Positions 55,871 through 64,000 of a DNA stretch of 64,000 bases are shown piece after piece. The position numbers and the translations under genes are program-made. The notes under the pieces are model-generated. The model saw only the letters and a list, made by a program, of their open reading frames with translations. It searched no databases and was not told the DNA's origin. Numbering within the stretch: the stretch's first letter is position 1; every line of letters begins with the position of its first letter. Source of the stretch: a virus; the IMG/VR virus record IMGVR_UViG_3300029892_000001. One strand, given 5' to 3'.

Positions 55871-57499
55871 TTAGATCACCCACATGACTTGAGACCCATC
55901 AGAATGGGTTACGTGGTCACCATCCTCTACAAAATCATCATCAGTAGCAATAAGCGGTGTCTTGGTACCGATTTGCCATTGAACTGCGCCGACAGTGGTA
56001 ACTTGATATCCAGGTACTTCTGCAATCCAAACCCTGGCTCCCTGTGTTACCTTCACGGCAGTACCGGTTCCAGAATCTAAGGTGAGCAAACCACCTCCGC
56101 TAGTAATAACAACTTTTGCGCCACGTCTTACATACAGCGCGGTAGTATTAGCTAGTGAAACAATGCTACAGTTGATGTGCAAAGTCGCTAGAGTTCCATA
56201 TACGTAGACTACAGGATCGAGAGATCCTTCAATATTGCTAGTGTTAGCATCTCCTAAAAACTGCGTGTGTCTGTCCACATAGACGTTACAAGAACCATTC
56301 TGTATCTCGCCATATATCTTCATTCCGCTAGTTATTCGAAATGCGGTTAAATATGCCCTATGGCAACCCCAGAATACCACTAGCTCTGCATCGAGTCCGT
56401 GCATATTCAAACCTTGTAGACTGTTGAAGTGTAGCTGGTACAGTGTACAATACATCCCCCAAGCAGCCCATGCTATGCCTGTCTTAGCACCTAGATCCAG
56501 TGCCGCTCGCGCAGCTATACCGTCGATGTGCAATGTGGTATCACATCCTATCTGCAAATGTGATGTTCCTTGCGAGCCTGCAAACGCTGCGATTGTGGCT
56601 GTTCCAATAATCTCTATTCCAAACATGATCAGATTGCCTGCAAACGATGCACGCATATTGTCAGTAGCTCGAAGTTTTAAGTTTACCAATACCAGACCAT
56701 GCGTAGATTGCCTAAAGCCTGAGTTGATATAACCAGATCCCGCGTATCCACAACCCTCGGATATAGTCCAGTGCGAAGGAGTCGGATCAGCTGCTGGACC
56801 AGTTGGCGCATTGATTATAACCGTCGATTCTGTGATGCGATACTTACTCCCTGGCGGTACCAACGTGGAAAATGCAACCTGCGGGGTAATTGCAGTACCG
56901 ACATTTGTTCTTAGTATTCGACGCTCCGTCGCTAGCGGACCATCAAGGATTTCCAACGTCTTCCCACGAAGCGCATCATCTGCACCAGGCGCAATATCAA
57001 CAGTCAGGAACAAATTGTGATTTGAGGTAATAGTGCCAGACGCTAGTACGTTGTATCCTTCACCAATAACATATATGTTAGCATGACAGATTCTTCCACG
57101 GAACGTAGGTGGATCATAGCCTGATCCTGGATGTGGCCTAACATGGATGAATACTGGATGGTCTACATAGAAGGGGACCCTCTTTTCAACTTCCACCAAA
57201 GAAGCAAGTGGAGCATCTTTTGATCCTGAATTTTCGTCTGAACCAGTGGATGCATCGACATATAGGTGAACATCACCATAGGTTCTGGCCGCAGGTGCAG
57301 TTTGTGAGTCAGAGTTTGACAGAACTTCTACCGATATACTGCCTAGACTCTCTAGTCGTACCAGGCGCTCTCGTGTTTTTTCTAATTCATCACTTGTTAA
57401 CTCTAAAACTTTTGATTGTCCTGGTTTAAGTGCCCCTATAACCGATCCAATTGATATGGTATTTTTTGTTGTGTTTGATATAGCTATTGTAGGCATCAT
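55871..57499 (-). CDS. Virion appendage / receptor-binding-like protein, low GC
   Basis: VDASTGSDENSG...PLASL; paralogue of 53092-54711. Confidence 0.65.
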   Translation of the reverse strand: MMPTIAISNTTKNTISIGSVIGALKPGQSKVLELTSDELEKTRERLVRLESLGSISVEVLSNSDSQTAPAARTYGDVHLYVDASTGSDENSGSKDAPLASLVEVEKRVPFYVDHPVFIHVRPHPGSGYDPPTFRGRICHANIYVIGEGYNVLASGTITSNHNLFLTVDIAPGADDALRGKTLEILDGPLATERRILRTNVGTAITPQVAFSTLVPPGSKYRITESTVIINAPTGPAADPTPSHWTISEGCGYAGSGYINSGFRQSTHGLVLVNLKLRATDNMRASFAGNLIMFGIEIIGTATIAAFAGSQGTSHLQIGCDTTLHIDGIAARAALDLGAKTGIAWAAWGMYCTLYQLHFNSLQGLNMHGLDAELVVFWGCHRAYLTAFRITSGMKIYGEIQNGSCNVYVDRHTQFLGDANTSNIEGSLDPVVYVYGTLATLHINCSIVSLANTTALYVRRGAKVVITSGGGLLTLDSGTGTAVKVTQGARVWIAEVPGYQVTTVGAVQWQIGTKTPLIATDDDFVEDGDHVTHSDGSQVMWVI

Positions 57500-58191
57500 T
57501 CATCCCATAGGTTCGGGAAATAATACTCTTCATTCCACTCTTCGGCTTTATTGTTCAGCGGGTCTAGGAAGTTGATAAGATCTACCGCCTGAGCTTCGAG
57601 ACTTCTTGACTTGTCTCTCATCTGATATGCACCAGTTTCGTACTTAACTGGACCTACTGCCACAATTTCCCTCTCTAATGCGTACCCAGGGGCGTAGTAC
57701 TTCTTAGGGAACTTTAGGTGTTTCACCAAATCGTCTGGGTTCCCAAAGAACCTGTTTTCAGAAATCTTGGCTTTTACCAAGGCCAAGTTGCTGTTCTTTG
57801 GGACTACACTGAAGAACCCGCTGTAGACGAGAGACCTGGGATTAACGGTCCAACTGCTAAGACCGCGGTCATCTGGATTCAGAGTACCCGGAGGTAGTTT
57901 GAGGCTCGTTTTGGACGACTTCAGCTTTCTTCCGATGATGCTTTCAAGCTTTTTGGGAGTTGTTGCATCAATGAATCGCCACGCCCATTCGTGTGGGCTG
58001 GGATCGATGAGGTGCTTGTACTTTCCGTGTTCGAGGAGATACAGTATTCCCTCAACACGATCGGTTAGTGCTTCCTTGTCGTTGTCGAGGATGTATTTCC
58101 GCAGAGCGTTCTTCAGCTCTCGTTCCGTCGACTTGTTCGGCTTCACGACCTTAGATTTGAAGCCCATTTCTGCAAGGAGGCGAAACTTCAT
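57496..58191 (-). CDS. Putative ADP-ribosyltransferase-fold protein (R-S-E type)
   Basis: AWRF, GLSSWT, LEREIV in the expected order. Confidence 0.5.
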   Translation of the reverse strand: MKFRLLAEMGFKSKVVKPNKSTERELKNALRKYILDNDKEALTDRVEGILYLLEHGKYKHLIDPSPHEWAWRFIDATTPKKLESIIGRKLKSSKTSLKLPPGTLNPDDRGLSSWTVNPRSLVYSGFFSVVPKNSNLALVKAKISENRFFGNPDDLVKHLKFPKKYYAPGYALEREIVAVGPVKYETGAYQMRDKSRSLEAQAVDLINFLDPLNNKAEEWNEEYYFPNLWDE

Positions 58192-58195
58192 TGGG

Positions 58196-58774
58196 TTACC
58201 TTACGCAGTGCTTAGGAATCCATGCTTCTTCAGTGTAGTGGGCAATTCCAGCAGCATCGCGTTGGTGGACACTCTCTAGCTCTGAATAGAGGTCTTCCCA
58301 GTTTTGCTTCTTTTGCTTATTCCACCAGTTCTTCCATTGTGCAGCAGTGAGCTGGATGACGTCTCGTCCTAGGTGGGTTCTACTGAGAATGCAGATGCGA
58401 CCAATCATTTGATTGATGCTTTCGGCGTGAACAGACTGCCCTCTATTTCTGACCATAAATCGCTCAAGCACGATATAGTCAGGATTAAGCCTAGCTAATA
58501 GCTCAATGTATTCATTGATGAACTCTGCATCCGTGTTTACGTCAGGCATTGTCTTTAGCCAACCATAATCCTGCACACCATTTTCCCAGAAAGCCCAAGC
58601 GAAATTGGTCTTCCCCGGATCCATGGCGAGGATTGTTAGTCTTTCTTTGGCTCTGGGTGGACCAGCTCTTCTAGTTGCTGTAGCGTCTTGTCTTCTGTGA
58701 GGAAGTGCTCGTTTTGTGCTGTGAGTTCCGCTAAGCGGATCATCGACTGCTTCAGCTCTTTCTTTTGCTTCCAT
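58196..58774 (-). CDS. RuvC-like Holliday junction resolvase (true start uncertain)
   Basis: TILAMDPG, YIVLERF, HQRDAAGIA. Confidence 0.75.
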   Translation of the reverse strand: MEAKERAEAVDDPLSGTHSTKRALPHRRQDATATRRAGPPRAKERLTILAMDPGKTNFAWAFWENGVQDYGWLKTMPDVNTDAEFINEYIELLARLNPDYIVLERFMVRNRGQSVHAESINQMIGRICILSRTHLGRDVIQLTAAQWKNWWNKQKKQNWEDLYSELESVHQRDAAGIAHYTEEAWIPKHCVR

Positions 58775-59058
58775 GAGTCTATTGCCATTTTCATTGCGTT
58801 ATTAGCTTGCCTGAGCCGCTCTAGGATCAGCTTGTACCGGTCAAATGCTGTCGATAATGCGGATTTGCTTTGCTGCGCTGATTCTACCACCCAATTGCGA
58901 TACTTCTCTTCCATCCGCACACGGGCCTGAAGTTCCTTGAGCTTATTCAGGAAAATTTCATGAATGATCTTTGTTACGTCAATTTCGCTCCTCGACGTCC
59001 CTTGTCGTACGTCAAGAACGAAAGAGCCGTCTTGATGTTGTCGCAGTTCAATTTCCAC
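58636..59058 (-). CDS. Coiled-coil hypothetical protein
   Basis: 140 aa. Confidence 0.6.
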   Translation of the reverse strand: MEIELRQHQDGSFVLDVRQGTSRSEIDVTKIIHEIFLNKLKELQARVRMEEKYRNWVVESAQQSKSALSTAFDRYKLILERLRQANNAMKMAIDSWKQKKELKQSMIRLAELTAQNEHFLTEDKTLQQLEELVHPEPKKD

Positions 59059-59077
59059 TCCATACCCCTACTCAATC

Positions 59078-59473
59078 TCAGTAGTTGCGCATTTGATCCG
59101 GGGTAAGTCTTACTCCAGTGTCTTCTACGATGAGTAATTTTCGGAAGATTAGGTCACCGAGAGCATCCTTGACAAACTGGTCAAGCTTCTTGACTGTTTC
59201 GGCCGGGATTTCTACCTTATCAAAGCCGATTATGAGAGTGTTGCCATGCGACGGCATCGTACGATACGTGCTTCCAAAATGACCGTTGGATCGATGTCCA
59301 ACACGTCGCAGTTGGTCTGAGAAGCTAATGAACCCAACATTCGACGCCCCAAACATTTTTGTCCCTAGAACCAGGATAGCCCGGTCTGGGGCAGCAAGGG
59401 GGACTGCGGTAGCGGGGTTATCGTCCGGGGGGATTCCGGTGGGGTCAGCTCTTGTGAATTCAACGTTCGCCAT
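59078..59473 (-). CDS. Hypothetical protein
   Basis: 131 aa; SD GAGG. Confidence 0.55.
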   Translation of the reverse strand: MANVEFTRADPTGIPPDDNPATAVPLAAPDRAILVLGTKMFGASNVGFISFSDQLRRVGHRSNGHFGSTYRTMPSHGNTLIIGFDKVEIPAETVKKLDQFVKDALGDLIFRKLLIVEDTGVRLTPDQMRNY

Positions 59474-59672
59474 GTTTGTCCTCGTATTCCTGCGGTGTCA
59501 GAACTGGAGAGGGCCAGTTTAGGTTTAGTGCTCGGATTTCTTCCTTTTCCTCTAAATCCATAGCTTGCCACAGGAGATCCATTTTCTCTAATAGACCTTG
59601 CTCTTGATGGCGGACCTCTCGCAGCTCCTCCATCATTCGGAGGTATCGCTGTACATTTGTCCTCATCGTCAA
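59460..59672 (-). CDS. Small hypothetical protein
   Basis: 70 aa, coupled to neighbours. Confidence 0.45.
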   Translation of the reverse strand: MTMRTNVQRYLRMMEELREVRHQEQGLLEKMDLLWQAMDLEEKEEIRALNLNWPSPVLTPQEYEDKHGER

Positions 59673-60799
59673 ACCTCTCGCTTAGGGGTGCTTACATCTG
59701 GTTGGCCAGGAACTGTAACGGACGGGCCGTCAGACGTGGGCGTTTCGGCACGATTTCCTGGCTTCCTAAGGTGGTTTGCATTGCTTTTGAGCAAGAACTC
59801 TTGGTCCTCTTGGTCGGTCTGAATAGATTTGACGAATTCTGGTAGCTTTTTCTCGACAGTTTTCCCTAACGGGACGATGTAGTATCCCTCCTGAGAGTGA
59901 ATCAGACGAGCAGTCAGGTCCCAGGAGGTTAGGATTCCGTGGGGCTTGTTGTCGGACACTTCTGTGATCTTCCACCTCGTACCGTCAAGTGTGTTGTACA
60001 TCCAATCTTCTGCCGAGACATTCTTCAATGTGTTGTCGAGCCAGAACGTCTGTCCACTGAAGCTCTGGTAGATCCCCAATTCTTCCAGCGTCAAACTTTC
60101 ACGGACACGAGGTAGATTCACTCTAACTTCTGTGTTAGCGATCAGTCGATATGCCATCCGAATAGAAACAAGCTTTGGAAGGGGTGCTGATGGAGAGACT
60201 CTCTTCATCTCGATCCTAAACAGCAACTTCTGCTGTCCAAGCCGCACTCGAAGTGACTCGTCCGTGAGGGTGATGAAGTCCGTTTCTGATGGTGATCTAA
60301 GATAGTACGAGATAGATGTTCCTGCAGGTTGGTAGTCCTTGATATCCAACAGATCTAAGACTCCAATGTTGGACTTCAGATGGACTTCGAAATCTACGGT
60401 ACCGAAAACGGCAGACTTGACAAGAGACCAGAAAATGGGTCTGGTAGGGTGGTTGTAGTCAGGTGTGACGTTTGCGGCTGCTACGTTGGGATATGTGACG
60501 TCAAAGACCTCAGTTTTGGTGCCTCTTTTGTTGTAGCCTCCGACAATGCCTGTCCCAAAACACACAGGGCAAATTCCGGCAGGATCTGTTTCGATCTCGA
60601 AGCACGAACACCTTCGTCCGGTCTTGATCCTCTGAAAATACTCGAAATAGATCGGATCTACGTTAGAGGCATTTTGGCTCTTCCGAGCAATGATCGGAAT
60701 CAGGTCTTCTCTTGCGTGACGCTGCGGCAGATCACCCAGAATGTCGGTGTTAGCCGTCACTCTATCGTCATCTGTAGGTCTGTATCCCTTCGCACTCAC
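59669..60799 (-). CDS. Head-completion / neck-type protein with zinc finger (candidate)
   Basis: RRCSC...CPVCFGTGIVGGY; C-terminal DGTRWKITEVS...W beta domain. Confidence 0.5.
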   Translation of the reverse strand: MSAKGYRPTDDDRVTANTDILGDLPQRHAREDLIPIIARKSQNASNVDPIYFEYFQRIKTGRRCSCFEIETDPAGICPVCFGTGIVGGYNKRGTKTEVFDVTYPNVAAANVTPDYNHPTRPIFWSLVKSAVFGTVDFEVHLKSNIGVLDLLDIKDYQPAGTSISYYLRSPSETDFITLTDESLRVRLGQQKLLFRIEMKRVSPSAPLPKLVSIRMAYRLIANTEVRVNLPRVRESLTLEELGIYQSFSGQTFWLDNTLKNVSAEDWMYNTLDGTRWKITEVSDNKPHGILTSWDLTARLIHSQEGYYIVPLGKTVEKKLPEFVKSIQTDQEDQEFLLKSNANHLRKPGNRAETPTSDGPSVTVPGQPDVSTPKREV

Positions 60800-60890
60800 A
60801 AGAAAATCCTGAGTAGAGATAGCCTGATATTTGCACCTAGTTATTTGCTTCCAGGCCTTCTAAAAGATAAGTCTTCGGGTTGTCATCACT

Positions 60891-62027
60891 ATGGCAATTT
60901 CACCTCAAAAGGTTGTTCGTGGAACGCCTGTTGTTTTTGAACAGCTCTTCGTTGAAGAGGATGGAACACCTATCGTTCCGCTTGACCCTGTTGCTTATCC
61001 TTCGGTGTCCATTGTCTCTCCTGCGGAGGAGATAATTCAGTCCGGCGTCGCACTCAACGCTGGTTCGGGGCGCTGGCGATTCACCTGGTTTGTTCCTGCG
61101 GACGCCGACATGATGGGTCCAGACAATCCTTGGCGAATTGATTGGCTTGTCGTAACGAACGGCGGGCGGCAAATCGAGAGGCAATCGAACTTCATCATCA
61201 TTGATAACATCGAGGCGTCTCCGGATGAGCGTACATATACGAACCTAACCTACGTGGGGAACTCCGAACGCGCTCTGATCAAGTTCAAGAACGCACAAGA
61301 GATAGTCCAGGTTCAGCTAATTGATTCTGCCAACGTTCAGACGAATCTGACGCCTGCCGTACAGACCGTTCAGTCTGATGGGTTCTACACGTATTACGTG
61401 GACACACCTCCGCTTACAGCGACTGGCTGCTATCTCGTCGTATGGAATACGAGACAGACGGCAATATCACCATCGGTGACAATGATTCAACAGATTCGTG
61501 TTCCTGACATGATTTTTTGGTGGATTCAGCCTTCTCTTCGGATGCTAATCGATAAGGTGCAGAAGAAAATCGGACATGTTCAGGCGTATTCCGATTCGGA
61601 CCTATACGAATACCTGCTTCGTGGCGCTGACTACGTAAATGCAGTGAACCCAATCACGAATTGGACGCTGGTCAACTGGCCAAATGCCTTTGGCATGACC
61701 AATTTCCTCCTTATGGCGGCGGCTTGGTGGGGGCTCAACGCTCAGTATCTGAGTGAAGGTGAACTAGCATTCAACTTTAGTGGGCAAACTGTAACGTTGG
61801 ACGTGGACCGGACCGGCGCTTATGAGAGCGCGATGAGTCGTCTCAAGGAGTACTTAGACAATCAGCTCCAACAGACTAAACGCAATATGCTACGTAGGGT
61901 GAGCGTGGGTGCCGTTGCAACGCGACCTTATGACTTTGGACTGCAGAGTCTCGTGGCTCGTGTACAAACAGTAAATGGTGGTCAGAATCAAGTTCTCCCC
62001 CTATTCAGTCGACTCGGTTTGCTCTAA
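60891..62027 (+). CDS. Head-tail adaptor-like protein with N-terminal Ig-like domains (candidate)
   Basis: LRMLIDK...YSDSDLYEYL...FNFSGQTVTLD pattern. Confidence 0.5.
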   Translation: MAISPQKVVRGTPVVFEQLFVEEDGTPIVPLDPVAYPSVSIVSPAEEIIQSGVALNAGSGRWRFTWFVPADADMMGPDNPWRIDWLVVTNGGRQIERQSNFIIIDNIEASPDERTYTNLTYVGNSERALIKFKNAQEIVQVQLIDSANVQTNLTPAVQTVQSDGFYTYYVDTPPLTATGCYLVVWNTRQTAISPSVTMIQQIRVPDMIFWWIQPSLRMLIDKVQKKIGHVQAYSDSDLYEYLLRGADYVNAVNPITNWTLVNWPNAFGMTNFLLMAAAWWGLNAQYLSEGELAFNFSGQTVTLDVDRTGAYESAMSRLKEYLDNQLQQTKRNMLRRVSVGAVATRPYDFGLQSLVARVQTVNGGQNQVLPLFSRLGLL

Positions 62028-62117
62028 TTTCTGGCTTGATGAGCTAAAATTAGTCTTCGGCGAGCACTGGTTATCTACTGTGGTGGGCGGAGAAGCCCGC
62101 TATAAAGGAGAAAATCA

Positions 62118-62492
62118 ATGCCCACCGTGTCCGTGACGAATCGAACCGCAAGTCGTCTGCCTGTAGGTTCATATGTCGGCATCCTTGAGCCAAATGAGGT
62201 GCGTCAGCTTGATCTCACCGCCAATGAATTGGAGCTGACACGTCCGGCCCTTTTGGCTTTAGCAAGTGCTGGCCACCTTGCGTTTGCCGTAAATCCTTCA
62301 GCCACAAATGATGACAATCAGGCCGAAGTTGTCACAGGCGGTGCGAAGGTGCTTGCTGGTACTGGCAGCCCGGAAAGTGCCGTTGTAGGCAGCGTGGGCG
62401 ACCTATATGTCAGGAGAGACGGCGGAGCCGGAACGACCTTGTACGTTAAGGAATCCGGCAATAACACCAATACCGGTTGGGTTGCCAAGTAA
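62118..62492 (+). CDS. Short virion appendage protein (shared anchor plus fibre-tip motif)
   Basis: C-terminal GTGSPESAVVGSVGDLYVRRDGGAGTTLYVKESG..NTGWVAK, typical of phage fibre proteins. Confidence 0.7.
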   Translation: MPTVSVTNRTASRLPVGSYVGILEPNEVRQLDLTANELELTRPALLALASAGHLAFAVNPSATNDDNQAEVVTGGAKVLAGTGSPESAVVGSVGDLYVRRDGGAGTTLYVKESGNNTNTGWVAK

Positions 62493-62517
62493 GGCTCAAG
62501 GCCGGAAGGAGAATCTA

Positions 62518-63054
62518 ATGTTTAGGTATGACATCAAGAACCCTAATGGGAGCTTGGTGTTCGTTCGTGGAGTTCGCGTCAAGCCCTATGCGAAGTTCAG
62601 TGCGAACCTGGATCCCTCTACTGCTCGTGAACTAACTCGGTATGGCGTTCATCTAAAGCAGACTGGCAGAATTGAAACAGTCCCCGAGCTGGCTCTTCCA
62701 GAGCCCCTCAAGGAGACCGAATTTCAGGAACCTGAAGTACCTGATGTTAGTCGGAACGCGCTGCAACATCTCAACGAAGAGAATTCTTCTAGCCAGACTG
62801 GCAGCGCTGTTTCTGTTGTGGACGAGGAGTCTCTAGATTTGTCTCAGCAACAAGAGGCTGAACAGCATCCCGTTGTGGATGCTCCTATTGACGAAGAATC
62901 AGCAGCAATGGAAGCCGATTCCATGGAGGCTGTGACTCCGGATGACCTAGAGTTGACTTCTGATGCTGCTGAAGAGCCTCATGAGGAGTTTCCTGCTGAG
63001 ACTTCATCCACGGAACGGCACGGCGTTAGGCGTCGCAAGCGGAATCGTCGCTAA
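62518..63054 (+). CDS. Hypothetical protein with long acidic tail and basic C-terminus
   Basis: Start ATG 62518 with SD AAGGAG. Confidence 0.6.
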   Translation: MFRYDIKNPNGSLVFVRGVRVKPYAKFSANLDPSTARELTRYGVHLKQTGRIETVPELALPEPLKETEFQEPEVPDVSRNALQHLNEENSSSQTGSAVSVVDEESLDLSQQQEAEQHPVVDAPIDEESAAMEADSMEAVTPDDLELTSDAAEEPHEEFPAETSSTERHGVRRRKRNRR

Positions 63055-63066
63055 TTTTGGAGACTT

Positions 63067-64000
63067 ATGCCTATTGTTCGCAGAGTTAAGTTCAACTCCT
63101 ACGCAGGACCACGAATCACAGGCACAGAGAACTTCACGCTACCTGACAATGCAGGACACTGGGAGCGTGTTCTTTGGCTTACTTCTACAGTAGAGTCTGG
63201 AGGTAAGTTCGGTGCCATTACGATGTATGATGGCACCGCTGTCACTGCCGGTTTACACCAGGCTATTGCCGTCTATCCTAAAGAGTTGGCTGATGAGGAT
63301 TTCAACGCTGCCGATGACCAGGGGAGCTTTTGGAAGCTCCTGAGACTGATTGAGTTGGTTCCCGACTTTCCTGAACTTCAAGATCTATTTTCGAAGCTCA
63401 AGGACCGTGGTTGGTACTTGGGCCGGGACGGCGCTCTTCGTTACTTGGCTGATGGCTGCGTTCAAGTAAAAGGCAAAACTAAGAAAGTAAGCGCCGGAGA
63501 TTTGGTTTTCGGGTATGAAATCCGCGAGGAATTTACTCCGAGGCAAGGCAACGTCCCGTCGTCCGGTCCTGCTTGGGAATCCTCTAAGGATTGGGCGCTC
63601 GCATTCCATCGGATATTCGCTAACCCAAAATCATTTCGTGCTCAGGTAGAATTTGGTGCTCAGCATTTTGAGCATGTTGCTCGTCACAAGAACATTTCAG
63701 CGCGAGGGCGTTCGCTGCCTATTGAGGAATGGCTATACAATGGCCATTTAGGTGGGTTTCAGGCCCCCACACCTGCGTATGACCTGGCTCTTGCTGTATT
63801 TTGGAGCCATTCAGTGAATGGACCTTCCGTCGCGTACAAGATATTAGCCCAGGCTCTGAGATCTGCACACCCCAGGGAAAAGCCTGACCAATTTGCGTCT
63901 ACGCTTCTCCGTCTTCTGGGTACGAAAAAATACGGGCGTTGGCATTTCTCGGAAAAAAGTGGTCGGTGGCACCGAACAAGGCTTAACGCAAAAAGAGTCT
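63067..64000 (+). CDS. Lysozyme-like / endolysin candidate, runs off the window (not in the ORF track)
   Basis: Open from ATG 63067 to the window end; VESGGKFGAITMYDGTAVTAGLHQ resembles E...D-G...G-x-x-Q lysozyme-fold motifs. Confidence 0.55.
   Translation, partial: MPIVRRVKFNSYAGPRITGTENFTLPDNAGHWERVLWLTSTVESGGKFGAITMYDGTAVTAGLHQAIAVYPKELADEDFNAADDQGSFWKLLRLIELVPDFPELQDLFSKLKDRGWYLGRDGALRYLADGCVQVKGKTKKVSAGDLVFGYEIREEFTPRQGNVPSSGPAWESSKDWALAFHRIFANPKSFRAQVEFGAQHFEHVARHKNISARGRSLPIEEWLYNGHLGGFQAPTPAYDLALAVFWSHSVNGPSVAYKILAQALRSAHPREKPDQFASTLLRLLGTKKYGRWHFSEKSGRWHRTRLNAKRV

Noticed and set aside
53092-57499. Invertible or diversity-generating cassette between the two opposed appendage genes
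   Set aside because: No recombinase, reverse transcriptase, nucleotide-level repeats or flanking inverted sites were seen

Overview
64 kb segment of a large (jumbo-type) tailed dsDNA phage genome, standard genetic code, roughly 50% GC. No host housekeeping operons or integrase were seen. There are three blocks. (1) 1-14595, + strand: replication and translation genes (5'-3' exonuclease, KH protein, dUTPase, SF2 helicase, two 3'-5' exonucleases, DnaB-like helicase, beta-clamp-like protein, IF-1, zinc-ribbon cluster, DSP phosphatase, MazG-like protein, stand-alone class II aaRS core, metallophosphoesterase, tRNA-Gln x2, tRNA-Ser). (2) 14592-49300, - strand: head module (TerS candidate, TerL, portal, prohead protease, scaffold, decoration protein, HK97-type major capsid) followed by many probable internal-head proteins and a 2813-aa giant. 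(3) 49600-64000, mixed strands: NadE, Hsp20, receptor-binding-like paralogues, HiPIP-like protein, release factor, ART-like protein, RuvC-like protein, neck-like proteins and a truncated lysozyme-like ORF. The two strongest signals are (a) the giant protein, which appears to carry a split sigma70 (regions 1.2/2 and two region-4 copies) interleaved with beta-modules shared with the capsid decoration protein, suggesting a virion-delivered sigma factor; and (b) an RF1-like, domain-1-less release factor gene interrupted by a prfB-style +1 frameshift cassette (GGAGG-N3-CTT-TGA) at a position not homologous to that in prfB. All family assignments are by-eye motif recognition; no database searches were run.
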